A DNA stretch of 64,000 nt, taken from contig NC_087245.1 in NCBI RefSeq assembly GCF_037042905.1, forward strand, positions 37,636,001-37,700,000, given 5' to 3'. The first letter of the stretch is position 1; each line of letters begins with the position of its first letter. Under the pieces are notes generated by a model that was not told the origin of the DNA, searched no databases, and saw nothing but the letters and a program-made list of their open reading frames with translations. This stretch comes from Lytechinus pictus (Eukaryota). The translations under genes and the position numbers were made by a program. This document shows positions 53,351 to 64,000 of this stretch, piece after piece.

Positions 53351-55797
53351 AAACTAAAAGTGCAAACAAAACTAAATGGATGCTCCCATACAACTGAGAT
53401 TATAAAGATTCGTGGCGATGAATTCAAGCAAGAAAATTGAGAAATCCTGCTTCATACAATGTTTTCATAGCTCTACTCGGTTGATTTATATTGTTTAGAA
53501 ATAGGGTATCATAATAAGTTTCGATATAGATCTATAAAAGCCAGAAAATCTTTGATATCGTATTCATAGTCTTTGGTAACCCTGTATTTCTTATGTATTT
53601 CTCTAATTTGGCAGTCCACTGGTCTCAGCCGAAAAATCCCGGGCTGGCATCGGTCAAAAAAAAAAAATGGGATAGCTCAGGCCTTATGTTTATCATCACT
53701 TGAAGTGAGGTAGACTGAAATTCACAATCCCCCCCCCCCCAGCATTCTGATTAATTGCTACATGTATCATGTATTGTCAATTCTTTGTCTTCTGAATTGT
53801 TATGAATTCTTTGTATTATCTTCATTTATCCAATAGATAATAATAATAATAATGTACATAGTTATTACTCACTGGTAACATACTATAACAACATGCCAGA
53901 AGAAAGCAATATCATACTGATACTAGTGATACCCACCCACCCACCCACCTTCTGGGTAGGTTTCAAAACAATAACACTAGTTAGGCCTACATGTAGTTGA
54001 AAACAGGAAAGGAAGATCCTGGCTTTCATTTTCACATGAACATGTCAACGCCTAAAAATAATATCGAACACATTTTAAAATCCTGCTTGAAAATATGAAT
54101 TATTACAGTTGTTCCAAGTTCCAACCACCTACATGTACATGAGCTGCCGGTGTTTGAATGTGTAAAGCATACATGTATGTGTACTTGCACATTTATGCAG
54201 TACATGTACATGTAGTTGTGTTACTCTGAGCCCAGCCTCCGGCCAAATGTGGAATATCACACTGGAGAATACCTCTTGAGACAGTATGGCTATTAAAACT
54301 CAAACATACATATGAATACATCCACTACACCAATACGGTAGTGCAGATGCATGTCATATATGCAGGAAACGTATCCCTGACCAATCTGCATTGAAAATAC
54401 TATGAATAGAAACTTAACTTGTATGACAACACACTGAGTCTACTGCCATGCCATGTTATGTACACACACTGTCAGTATCAGCCAAGTTGCCAATTTAAAG
54501 CATTAATCCTATCGGAGGGAGGGTGGAAAATCGAGCCAACTCCGAGAAAGACAATTTACTTGTTAACTTCCTCTTTAGTCTCATATTTCGTCGCCTGCGT
54601 ACATCTCATGATCACTCGCCAAATCGGCTCCACGGTAGGCCACAGGATCTCTGCACTACATGACACACGGCCCTAGTACATGTGCAACTTTGGCTTGCCT
54701 TTATAGTGATTTTTTTTTGTGCATTCCACTTTCGCTAAAATTATTCATATCCACAATGCGGTGACTGACTTGTCAAAATTGAGGAAATTAATGTAATTGA
54801 GCACGGCAGCAAGTTAAGCCAGACAAGAGTCAAGTCAAAATATCCTTTCGCTTCTTTGCTTTTTCCACCTTCACATATCATTTCTCAGTTTGACAACTAT
54901 CAACCTTATTAGTTTTTTAACCAACCAATCGACAAGTAGGGCCTATCTCACCCCTGTACAATGGAAACTGTCAATGTCCACAACACATATTTGCTCTTCA
55001 TTTCAGCTGGGACGATTCCTTAAAAGGATTTATTCAATCATTCATATTGTAATATACATGTATGTATCATTTTATGATGAAGGGTACATGTAAATGAGGA
55101 AGAAAATTTCTCAAGAATTAGAAGCTCTATCTTGGCTTTGGAGGAGAGGGTGAAAAGGTTGCAGACAAGTTTGCGTTTTAATTCAGGCATACAAAAGCTA
55201 TTGCCACATACAGAACATGAAAATTTGTCAAAGAAATGCCTGACATAGCAACAATAAAAGTTATGCATGGACACTGGCATCCAAATAATACTCACCACTG
55301 AAGGATCCCATCAAAGACCCGTATAATCTCAGTATAATTTCTCAAACTAGTTTAGTGGAAACCAGTTTGGAAGATCGCTTTGCTAGCATTGCCACCTGAT
55401 CACCCGAAAGTAGTTTTAAAAGCGGTTTTCAATACTGGATGATCCTGAACCGAGGCACATGACATTTCATAAACCTTGTCATAATTACAAGTTTGCAATG
55501 ACAATTAAAACCTACTGAAATCCTTCAATCTCATTGGCTGATGGTAGATTTGTTTTGGAAATTGTGCATTTGTTACAATACAAGTCTCTATGAAATGAGA
55601 CCCTGATGTATGTAGGTCTCACTTGTCACCGGTACTAAATACTGAACCATGTCAATGTACTTTTCAACACTAAAATACCTTTGTATTGGATACTTGTTTG
55701 TATTATAGACAAACAAAACATGTTACATGCCCCCCCCCCCATGTTTGGGGTGAGAGGTACAGGATACATAGGCCTAAATGTACATGTACACCAGTAA

Positions 55798-55959
55798 TAC
55801 CTCAGTCACATTTCCCCTACGGTGGCCGTACGACAAGTCGAAAACAGCCGCTTTATAATCTTTTTTATTCAAACCCCCTATGTATCTCGTACAAAAATTG
55901 TTAAAACGGCTGTTTTCAACTCGCCTTACGGCCGCCGTAGGGGAAATGTGACTGAGGTA
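55798..55959. mobile_element. 162-bp palindromic MITE with 3-bp TSD (second copy at 58499-58658)
   Basis: TAA|TACCTCAGTCACATTTCCCCTACGG...CCGTAGGGGAAATGTGACTGAGGTA|TAA. Confidence 0.9.
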
Positions 55960-57738
55960 TAATCATATACTTCTACATGAATATTTGAAAGGAATTGGAA
56001 CAAAAGTTTGATGGTATGTCGGGTCAACCTTATCTCCATGTTGCACCTAGTACAATGATTCAATGCAACATTACAATCATACTGCAACACAAACATTTTC
56101 TATCAATTTTTTCCCCTTTTTTCCATTCATTTTCATAACATTTCTTACCATGAGTAGTCAGAACGAAATGATGTGGGTAAAAATGTTAACCCTTTTTTAC
56201 TTTGTCTCAACTGCTAGTTATGGGGGTTTTTTAGGGCCAGATATTCTACATCTATTATACAAAAACAAATGATTTTGCCATCAGATACATGACCTTCTCT
56301 CTTCTTGAAATCTTTGTTATTGACTCCTACATGTACATGTACATGTACATGTGTTGTATTCCAGAGAAAATGATGACATTCACAGCAGGAATCTACACAG
56401 GCATTTACTACTTCATTAACAATTTACACATTTCTAAATGCTAATTCATTCTTGCTTACCTGTAGCCTATACAGCTGTTTTGTACACTCTTAACTCAAAA
56501 TGTTATGACCCAAATCATTTTTAATCCAGTAATGAGAGCGACTCAAATTATATGCAGGATCATATCAGGCTAATCAATATTCACACGCAGTATATATCTC
56601 CACCAAGGTCGTTCAAAGTTCGTAGGAAAAACAAATATTACAACTGACAGTGAAGAAAAATAGGCAAAAACTAATTAGTCTCCTCCACCAGACCACGATA
56701 TCTTTATTCTTTAGTAGAAGCTGCACACACGTTTTGAAGTACACGTTGTAAATGTAATGCAATTCTCAGGCTGAATTAATTTTTTCTTTTCCATGAACAT
56801 TGCTTTTAAAGAAAACAGGGCTTCACATGCCAAACTAGAAATGTGAATGTGCGATGGTCACATTCCAGAATTGACAGATATATGCATGTACATGTAGATA
56901 ATAATTTCATAAGTAAATATTTTCAGCACAAATTAAGAAGTTGTGCCAATGTGGTGCTCTGCGACTAGCATTACAAACAGTCACTGATTGGTAGTCTACA
57001 ACTGCATACTGGAGTGTACATGTAGTTCCACCAGGTTATAGCCCTTTTTCCTGATGTCTGGAAAGGGAGGTTGGAGGAATCAAAATCACTCAAGTAAACA
57101 TACTTCCATTGATTGGAAATTGAATGCTCAAGTTAATTTCACACAGAAGCATTGCACACGTACTGTTAATGACATTAATGCAAATGAAGCTTGAAATAGC
57201 ATTCAGTAGCATTCAGTACATGAACTCCCTTCCAGCAATGACCATCTCTACATACAGTGGACTACACTATTACATGGTATGTACATGTATGCTAATTCGT
57301 CCTTTCTGGATATATGCATGTAAGCCTACAGTACAATATATGTACATGTATGACCTACATATACATGTAAATCCAACTACTACTAAAAAATATATATATA
57401 AACAGCATGTATATCAACAGATATTTTCTATAGGTAGGCCTAAACAAAATTATTTTCTGTCTCTGTTTTAGTTTTATCCAGTATTATCATTTTGTTTTTG
57501 TGTAAACTATGTTGTTTGTTGATATGGACCTCATGCAGCTTGGAATAAAGTCTTGAAGTGAATTGAATCATTCTACAAGTTCTCTTTACATGTACACTGT
57601 ACATGTATATGTAGGCCTACATGTACAGTGTACATCTGATAAGTGACAGAAGTACATTGACAGAAAGTACAAGCATCATCATCTTGCATTCAAACTCACT
57701 GACATGAAACATTGACCTGTCCTATGAAATAACAATTT

Positions 57739-58214
57739 GACACCGTTCTCACTACCTTCCTAAAACTAGTTTACTGGAAACTAGTTTAACGTGTAATGAG
57801 CACGGCCAAAGCGATCTTGGAAGCGGTCTTCCAAACCGGTTCACAAAACCACCTCACGAGGTAGTTTTCCAGATCGATTTGCCTCGTTAAACTGATTTAG
57901 CATAAATAAGGACACAACCGTTCTCCGGGAAGCGATCTTGATTTCTTCGCACATTTTGAGCGCGCTACTCCACACACTGTGTGTACTATAGTGTGTACAT
58001 GTAGAATGCCTACGCTGTGGTTTCAAATTTTGCATGAAATGTGTCACCCCGCTAAGAGAGCGTTCCCATAGCAACAAAATCGCTTTACGTGAAGTGATTT
58101 TGAAAACCACTTTTGTGTGATCAAGTGGGAACGCTTGCAAACCAATATTCCAAACTGGTTTCCTGAACCGGTTTTCAGTAAACTAGTTTCAGAAAGCGTA
58201 ATGAGAATGGGGTC
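57739..58214. mobile_element. GAC(A/C)CCGTTCTCA-family MITE, best-preserved copy
   Basis: TTT|GACACCGTTCTCA...TGAGAATGGGGTC|TTT. Confidence 0.85.
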
Positions 58215-58498
58215 TTTGACGGTTCGGTTCGGTGAGCAGGGTTTCTCAGACTCAGGGTATTATTACATAATCAAGTGAGTGCTGAATTATGCTTACATGT
58301 AGGCCTACTGATTCACTGTTCACTAGATTGGAATGGGGAATGCTTCCTTTACAAAATGACAATGCCCAAGTCAGCTGAGAAGTAAACAACCCAATCAAAG
58401 AGAAATGAAAATTGCAACAGGAGACTGATGCCAACTGACACCATCTTCGTGTCCTGTTGTACATGTACTAATTTCTAGAAATGTTAGTTTTGTAATCA

Positions 58499-58658
58499 TA
58501 CCTCAGTCAAATTTCCCTACAGCAGCTGTACGCCAAGTCAAAAACAGCCGTTCTAAATTATTTTGTACCAGCTACATATAGGTGGTTTGAATAACAATGA
58601 ATAAAACGGCCGTTTTCGACTCGCCATACAGACCCATAGGCGAAATGTGACTGAGGTA
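58499..58658. mobile_element. Diverged copy of the 55798-55959 MITE
   Basis: Same terminal inverted repeats. Confidence 0.85.
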
Positions 58659-59033
58659 CATGTATTAGACTATTTCATGAGGTTCATAAAACACTAAATC
58701 TGCATAAACCATGGACTCAACCGTGGGTTTTCTAAACCCCCTTGGTGGATTCGGGCCTTTATCACTCAATAGAAATTACACCTCCCTTGCTCTATATTTT
58801 TCCAATATCCTAGGTAGGATTCTTGCCAGTTTGAGGACTGGTGGGTATATTTGCAAAACAGTCATTAGCCAATCCCTCGGAGATGGTGTCTTCCTCATAC
58901 CCAATTTTTATCTGTTCAGTCTGTTTATTGGTGCAAAAATTGTCAGTTTTGTCACAATGGCATCAAATGACTAATTGCAGCAACTCCGGCAAACTGTAAT
59001 GCCAGACAGACCTAAAAATAGCTAGCTCTCTCA

Positions 59034-59587
59034 TACCCTTTTTACACAGGATTTTCTTAACCCCGGACTATCGCTAACCCCGTACTATCCTTAACCCCGT
59101 ACTATTTTTTTTCCTTTTTACACATGCCAAATTGTTATTGCTAACCCCGGATAAGGAATGCTTGCTTTTCACACACGAAACTCGCTAACCCCGGACTAGT
59201 GGTTTTTTGTCGATCATTCGTAGTACAAGTACTTCACTCGTACCATTTTACACACGCTACAATTTCCTTAACCCCGTACTATAGGTGGGGCCAAATTGCC
59301 ATTTAGCCCCACCTATAGTACGGGGTTAAGCTTAGCCCACTTTCGTTTTACACTAGCGATCTTAACCCCGTACTATCGCTCTTAGCACCGCAATTGCTGG
59401 GATAACCCTGCTTTTTTGCAGGGCCAAATAGTCCCGTACTAAAGGTGGGGTTAGCCCACTTTGCAAAAATGCTGTGTAAAAAGAAAGTGGGCTAAGCTTA
59501 ACCCCGTACTATAGGTGGGGCTAAATGGCAATTTAGCCCCACCTATAGTACGGGGTTAAGGAAATTTTAGCGTGTGTAAAAAGGGTA
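59034..59587. mobile_element. Young MITE with 3-bp TCA TSD and many TAACCCCG(T/G)ACTA repeats
   Basis: TCA|TACCCTTTTTACAC...GTGTAAAAAGGGTA|TCA. Confidence 0.9.
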
Positions 59588-59929
59588 TCAGTCTCTCAGA
59601 CAGAAAATTAAAGAGTTGCCACAGTCACACAGACTCACACTTGATGTTTTACCCAGCGTATGCCGATGTTTGCATGGCATTGGCAAGCTACTTTATTTCA
59701 TCCTTCAATTCTATTTAACAGGGATGCCAGTGAGGCTTGATTAAAAAAAAAGTCTGAAAATTATCGAGAATGACCCCTTTCCCCATGTGAAAAAGGTGTT
59801 TTCTATGGCCGAAAATATGAAGAAGTCTGAATTCAGCAAGTCTGATTTAAGGATTCAAGGACGCTGAGGTGGGATTCCCCTCTCAAGTTCATACATTTTC
59901 CCAACCTGGTACTAATAAAAATAGTCCTA

Positions 59930-60200
59930 AATAATAATATTATAAGGTGTTTGTATTGTATAGCACACGTATCCAGTGTGTTAGGCGCTCAAGGCATTCC
60001 TATATTAATCCGGGTAAGCTCAGTTACCAATTTCGGTTCAAAGCTTTGTTTATAGGAAGTACTTCCTGCCGGTACCCATTTACCTCACCTGGGTTGAGTG
60101 CACTACATTGTGGATAGATTTCTTGATGAAGGAAAATACTATGGCTGGGATTCGAACCTAAGACCCTCTGTCCAGAGAATAATCCACTGGGCCAAAATGC
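59930..60200 (-). mobile_element. CORE-like tRNA-SINE copy
   Basis: Same family as 16175-16468. Confidence 0.8.
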
Positions 60201-60569
60201 TCCAACGGTAATTATGTGTGAATAAAGGAACAACAACACTCTCACGCATGCATACTTACTCGAAAAAAAACCCCTAGCCTTGGGAGGGCTGGATATGTTT
60301 TCTACGCTGGAATCATGAAATGATTGGTAACATTTTGAAGATAATGAAAATGTATGATAGAGTACAGAATTAATGTGAAGTACAAACCTTAAGTTTATCT
60401 CGAATTAGGTGGAAATTACAGTCAAAGAACCTTCAGCTACAGAATGATGGTCTAACTCAAACCAAAGGACAAGGTCATAATTTAAGGTCATTAGTAAAAT
60501 TTTCTTTTATAATTATCAATAGTTTTTCATCAATTTGACCCCACTCCTAACCAATGGCACTGCCGCTAA

Positions 60570-61095
60570 TGCAGTTTCACACTGGCTGACTTCGAGCAAA
60601 TTTCCCCACCAGAAATTGTTCACAAATGTCATGGCAAGTCTCTCAGTCACATTTCAAGGTCAATAATAATAATGCCCACTGCTTATCCAAATATCGCGAT
60701 CAGGAACAGCTGTATTTCGGCTCTGATCTCGACGCTATCGTTCTAATTCTCAGTCAGACATCGCTTAGCTTGGCTCGCCATAATTTTGATATTGACTGAA
60801 ATTAGCGACCAAAAAATTTGCCTACGGCAGCTCATCCATTTGTTCGCTTCATGTTTGCATGACTTGGTCACTAACTTAAGTCCATATCAAAATTATGGCG
60901 AATTAGCCAAGCCAAGCGATGTCTGAGAATTTGAACAATGACATCGAGATCGAAGCCGAAATATGTGTAGCCATTCCCGATTGCGATATTCGGAAAAGCG
61001 GAGGGCAGAGTGATTGAGGGACTTGCTACATGTATGACATTCACAAACAGTTACTGCTGGGAAATTCGCTCGAAGTCGGCCAGTGCGAAACTGCA
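60570..61095. mobile_element. Foldback-like MITE with about 215-bp imperfect inverted arms
   Basis: TAA|TGCAGTTTCACACTGGC.GACTTCGAGC...GCTCGAAGTCGGCCAGTGCGAAACTGCA|TTA. Confidence 0.8.
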
Positions 61096-61440
61096 TTATT
61101 TCTAAATTCTATTATTAGCACCACCAATAAAGGCAATATAATAAAATTTATATTAAATTCCAAGTTGAATCCAACAATTTAATCTAGGCCTAGGGCCTAT
61201 TTTAAGTCGTCTTCATTTTTAACATGTAGCCAAGATTAATTTCATGATCAACTTACAAATTCAAAGAAACTGTATTCATCCACTTCGTTTTATTGAGGTA
61301 TAAGCCAATCTTGAACCAAGGAAATGATGTCGCACAGCACTGTCAGTCGAACAGCTACACAGTCCCGATTCCCCCTCAATCAATGTATCTGGACAGTCTC
61401 AGATTAGGTATCCACGTAATGTAAGTACAGTACACAGTAC

Positions 61441-61750
61441 CTGGGTTCATCCGCTCAAGCTTGCTGCCCAACCCCTTCTTTGCACAGATCGCACTTTGGT
61501 GGACTCCAAAAGATGAAGATCTTCTGCGATATTTCGAAGGTGATTCCCCAAATCATCCAACAGAACGCAGAGTAAACCATCTACAGCAAATCGTAAGGCG
61601 ATCCTGACAAGCGAAATCAACTTTATATTACGTGAAAATCCCGTATATATCGAAGTAATGTCCGCATTTTCTGCTCTATGTACCGGTGAATCAACGTCAG
61701 TGGTTTCATTATACTCAATGCGCAATGAAAAAACGATATCGCGCGAGTGC
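61441..61750 (-). other. Candidate first exon (5' leader) of the MAP3K2/3 gene; 5' end approximate
   Basis: CpG-rich unique sequence ending in CAG|gtactg at 61441/61440, adjacent to a CpG-rich promoter-like tract. Confidence 0.5.
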
Positions 61751-61860
61751 AAAACTAATATAGATCGTACCGTGAGTGGGCGCTAAAGTTGTTATTCGTG
61801 GTTGGACCACTGCGATACTATTCAGATCGATGCCTCGATCATAATTTCGTTATTATAAGT
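61700..61860 (-). promoter_or_regulatory. Putative CpG-rich promoter/TSS region
   Basis: Dense CpG (cgatatcgcgcgagtgc, cgtaccgtgagtgggcgc) in an otherwise CpG-poor window, directly upstream of the candidate first exon. Confidence 0.4.
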
Positions 61861-62371
61861 TTAAATTTGATATTCATATATATTCCTTTTCTCACTATGT
61901 TAAAAGGTTTATGCGTAAACTTGAAACAATTATGTTAATGATGTCATGTTTATATTTATTTTTTACATGTGATATGAGGAAGAAATAAAATATGATTATA
62001 AAAAAAAAATAACTGACTCGACTACATATTCGAAATAAGTTCGAATCACGGCAAAGCTCTCACACTTGAAGCTCGGCATTTCATATGTCATCATACATTG
62101 AATATCTATAATACGAATTCTATATTCATTATTTGCGGCCGCGGGGGAGGGGGGGGGTTAGATGAACCACACAGAAATCTTTCAAACTCACTTTGGAGAT
62201 CATTTCTTACAAATCATTTGTAGATACTCTGGAACGTATCGACTTAGGTGAGAACCACAATTAACCAGTCCATTGACTTCTGAAATTACCTGTATGGTGC
62301 CGAATGCCCGAAACATCTTTGGTAGTGATGAATCATTTTATTTTTTTTATGATTTGAGTAGCTTAACCTTG

Positions 62372-62587
62372 GTGGTGGTGGTGGTGATTTTTTACCTGAT
62401 TGCTAAGAAAGCATGAATGCTTGTAAGCAAGCAATCAGAGGACCGACGGCTTAAGGTCCTCTAGGCCGAAGGACCTGGTACTGAGGATTAATACCTTACC
62501 AAAGGGCACTAGCGCACCAAGTGGGAATCGAACCCGGGTCACCGGAATACGAATCCCCCGCTCTACCGACTGAGCTACCGCGCCTCC
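62372..62587 (-). mobile_element. Well-preserved tRNA-derived SINE (second family) with (CAC)n tail
   Basis: Minus strand ggaggcgcggtagctcagtcggtagagcg...gggttcgattccc, continuing into a non-tRNA body gtgccctttggtaaggtattaatcc. Confidence 0.85.
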
Positions 62588-62639
62588 TTCAGTAATTAGC
62601 GATCCTTTCTCTTAAAATCGTATTCTGAAACTACTACTA

Positions 62640-62925
62640 TACTATAACAATAATAATATAGCATTTATGAGGCGCCGATTTATCTAGTTCCTATTCAACG
62701 GCGCACTATGTTTTACCCGACTGTAGCTCCAGCTGCTAAAGTTAAGGCGCTTGGTGCATTCCAGGAATTAATCCTGCCGGGTACCTATTCGTCTCACCTG
62801 GGTTGAGTGCAGCTCAATGTGGATATATTTCTTGCTGAATGAAAACACGCCTTGGCTGAGATTCGAACCCACACCCCTCTCCGATTAAAAGACGAGATTC
62901 GTACCCACTAGACCACGACGCCCCC
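62640..62925 (-). mobile_element. CORE-like tRNA-SINE copy
   Basis: Head ggggcgtcgtggtctagtgg...ggttcgaatctc plus the shared core and tail. Confidence 0.85.
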
Positions 62926-64000
62926 ACTATATACTGCAGTACTCCAACCAAATTTATTTCAATACACCCTCTTGCTAGATTCTATTATTATATTTATTGA
63001 GCTTTTTACGAGTCAGCATGTAAGCATTTAGATATAATGAATGAGATTAGTAGCTTATTATCATGAATACGTAGAATCAAACTATTTGGACATTCACAAT
63101 TTTGGTATAATAAACTGCGTTCAGCAAGCAACGGCTGTATTAACAATCAATGATTTTCCTCATTATGGGGAATGATTTGATTTGATTAATCTATTCATGG
63201 TATAAGCCCTATTTAGGTGCGAGACTGTTTTAAAAAGGAGCTGTGCAAAAGATCAATAATATCAAAATGACAAAAGAATATACATGATATACAGAAATTA
63301 ATCAAATAGAGTTACTCATAACACAATGAACAAATAAATTAGAAATATGATAACTTTTTGCACATGTAAATTCGAATGGAAGAGAGAGATGAATGTTTCC
63401 CTGACTCGGATCGAGAAGTACTCTCATTTCCGGATTCATTATAGCTGATAATGGCTATTATGACGTATGAATTTTGTAAAACAAAACAAACAAAAGGGAA
63501 ATCCCCTTGTAGCGTACTTCCGCGCAATTGGTGCGTGCCGCGCCGATGCGCATACCGGCGCGTACTAAAAATGTAAAAAAGTTCGTTAACCTTAACCTGA
63601 TTAAAGAGGAGAGTATGCATGACGTCACAATGACTGATTACTTTTTTGAGGGTCTTGCATTCTAAATACAGGACGTTGTCAAAACGTTGTCAAAATGTTA
63701 AGCACAGCGCACACGATATCGATCTGATGCGACGCGATTTTTTTTTTAAATAACATTTTGCATTAATGTGAAAGTTCCAAGAAATAAGATCGTTTTATTC
63801 TAAGTTTGACATAATGTTGGGAATAACAAAATCATGATTTTTGCACTGAGAGCGCTCTGGTCGGAGTAAAGTCCAAATCGGCTTCAAGTCACAGCCGATG
63901 ATGACGTTATTACAATTCCTACAGGGAGATTCGAATTAGACTGAAATTCGATTTCAGTAGTACTACCCCGGGGTACTACCACTTACTGGCGGATCCAGGG

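Noticed and set aside
56454..56470. Strong minus-strand donor-like sites (here cag|gtaagc; also near 41275 and 56145)
   Set aside because: No convincing paired acceptor or reading frame; such motifs are expected by chance in 60 kb.
59034..59587. Repeat-spacer appearance suggesting a CRISPR array
   Set aside because: Eukaryotic context; short irregular repeats in both orientations inside a TIR/TSD element; no cas genes.
61447..61752. 101-aa minus-strand ORF
   Set aside because: Non-ATG start and no recognisable similarity; it overlaps the probable 5' leader exon.
62510..62587. tRNA-like sequence on the minus strand
   Set aside because: No paired acceptor stem; it continues into a body shared with 43790-43975, so it is a SINE head.

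Overview
AT-rich, repeat-dense eukaryotic (animal) genomic DNA. The SINE and MITE repertoire suggests a deuterostome invertebrate, most likely a sea urchin (inference). None of the supplied ORFs is a real gene. Nearly the whole window (about 61.7 kb down to the left edge, minus strand) is the 5' part of one large-intron gene, a MAP3K2/MAP3K3 (MEKK2/3) kinase homologue. The micro-exons 29466-29469 (ATG G), 7750-7865 and 3561-3601 splice in frame to MVDPSADSNQVISEITDNLISLRVQGNRNRTTRGGSSSHT-NEIRVKFEFNGEK(R), the N-terminal helix plus the start of the PB1 domain. The rest of the gene lies left of the window. Candidate non-coding leader exons lie at about 61441-61750 (CpG-rich promoter region) and 46676-46746. 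The introns hold dozens of non-autonomous DNA transposons (Kolobok-like TTAA, PIF/Harbinger-like 3-bp TSD, Tc1/mariner-like TA), tRNA-derived SINEs of apparently three superfamilies (Deu, Meta, CORE), LINE remnants and microsatellites. I found no convincing new biological system. The most unusual items are a very strong TACATGTA/TAGGCCTA excess that looks like transposon excision footprints, a uORF-rich leader with two alternative phase-1 starts, a perfect 16-bp hairpin inside a coding exon, and a possible heavily decayed Cys-loop receptor pseudogene antisense in an intron. Family assignments come from recalled motifs, not database searches.
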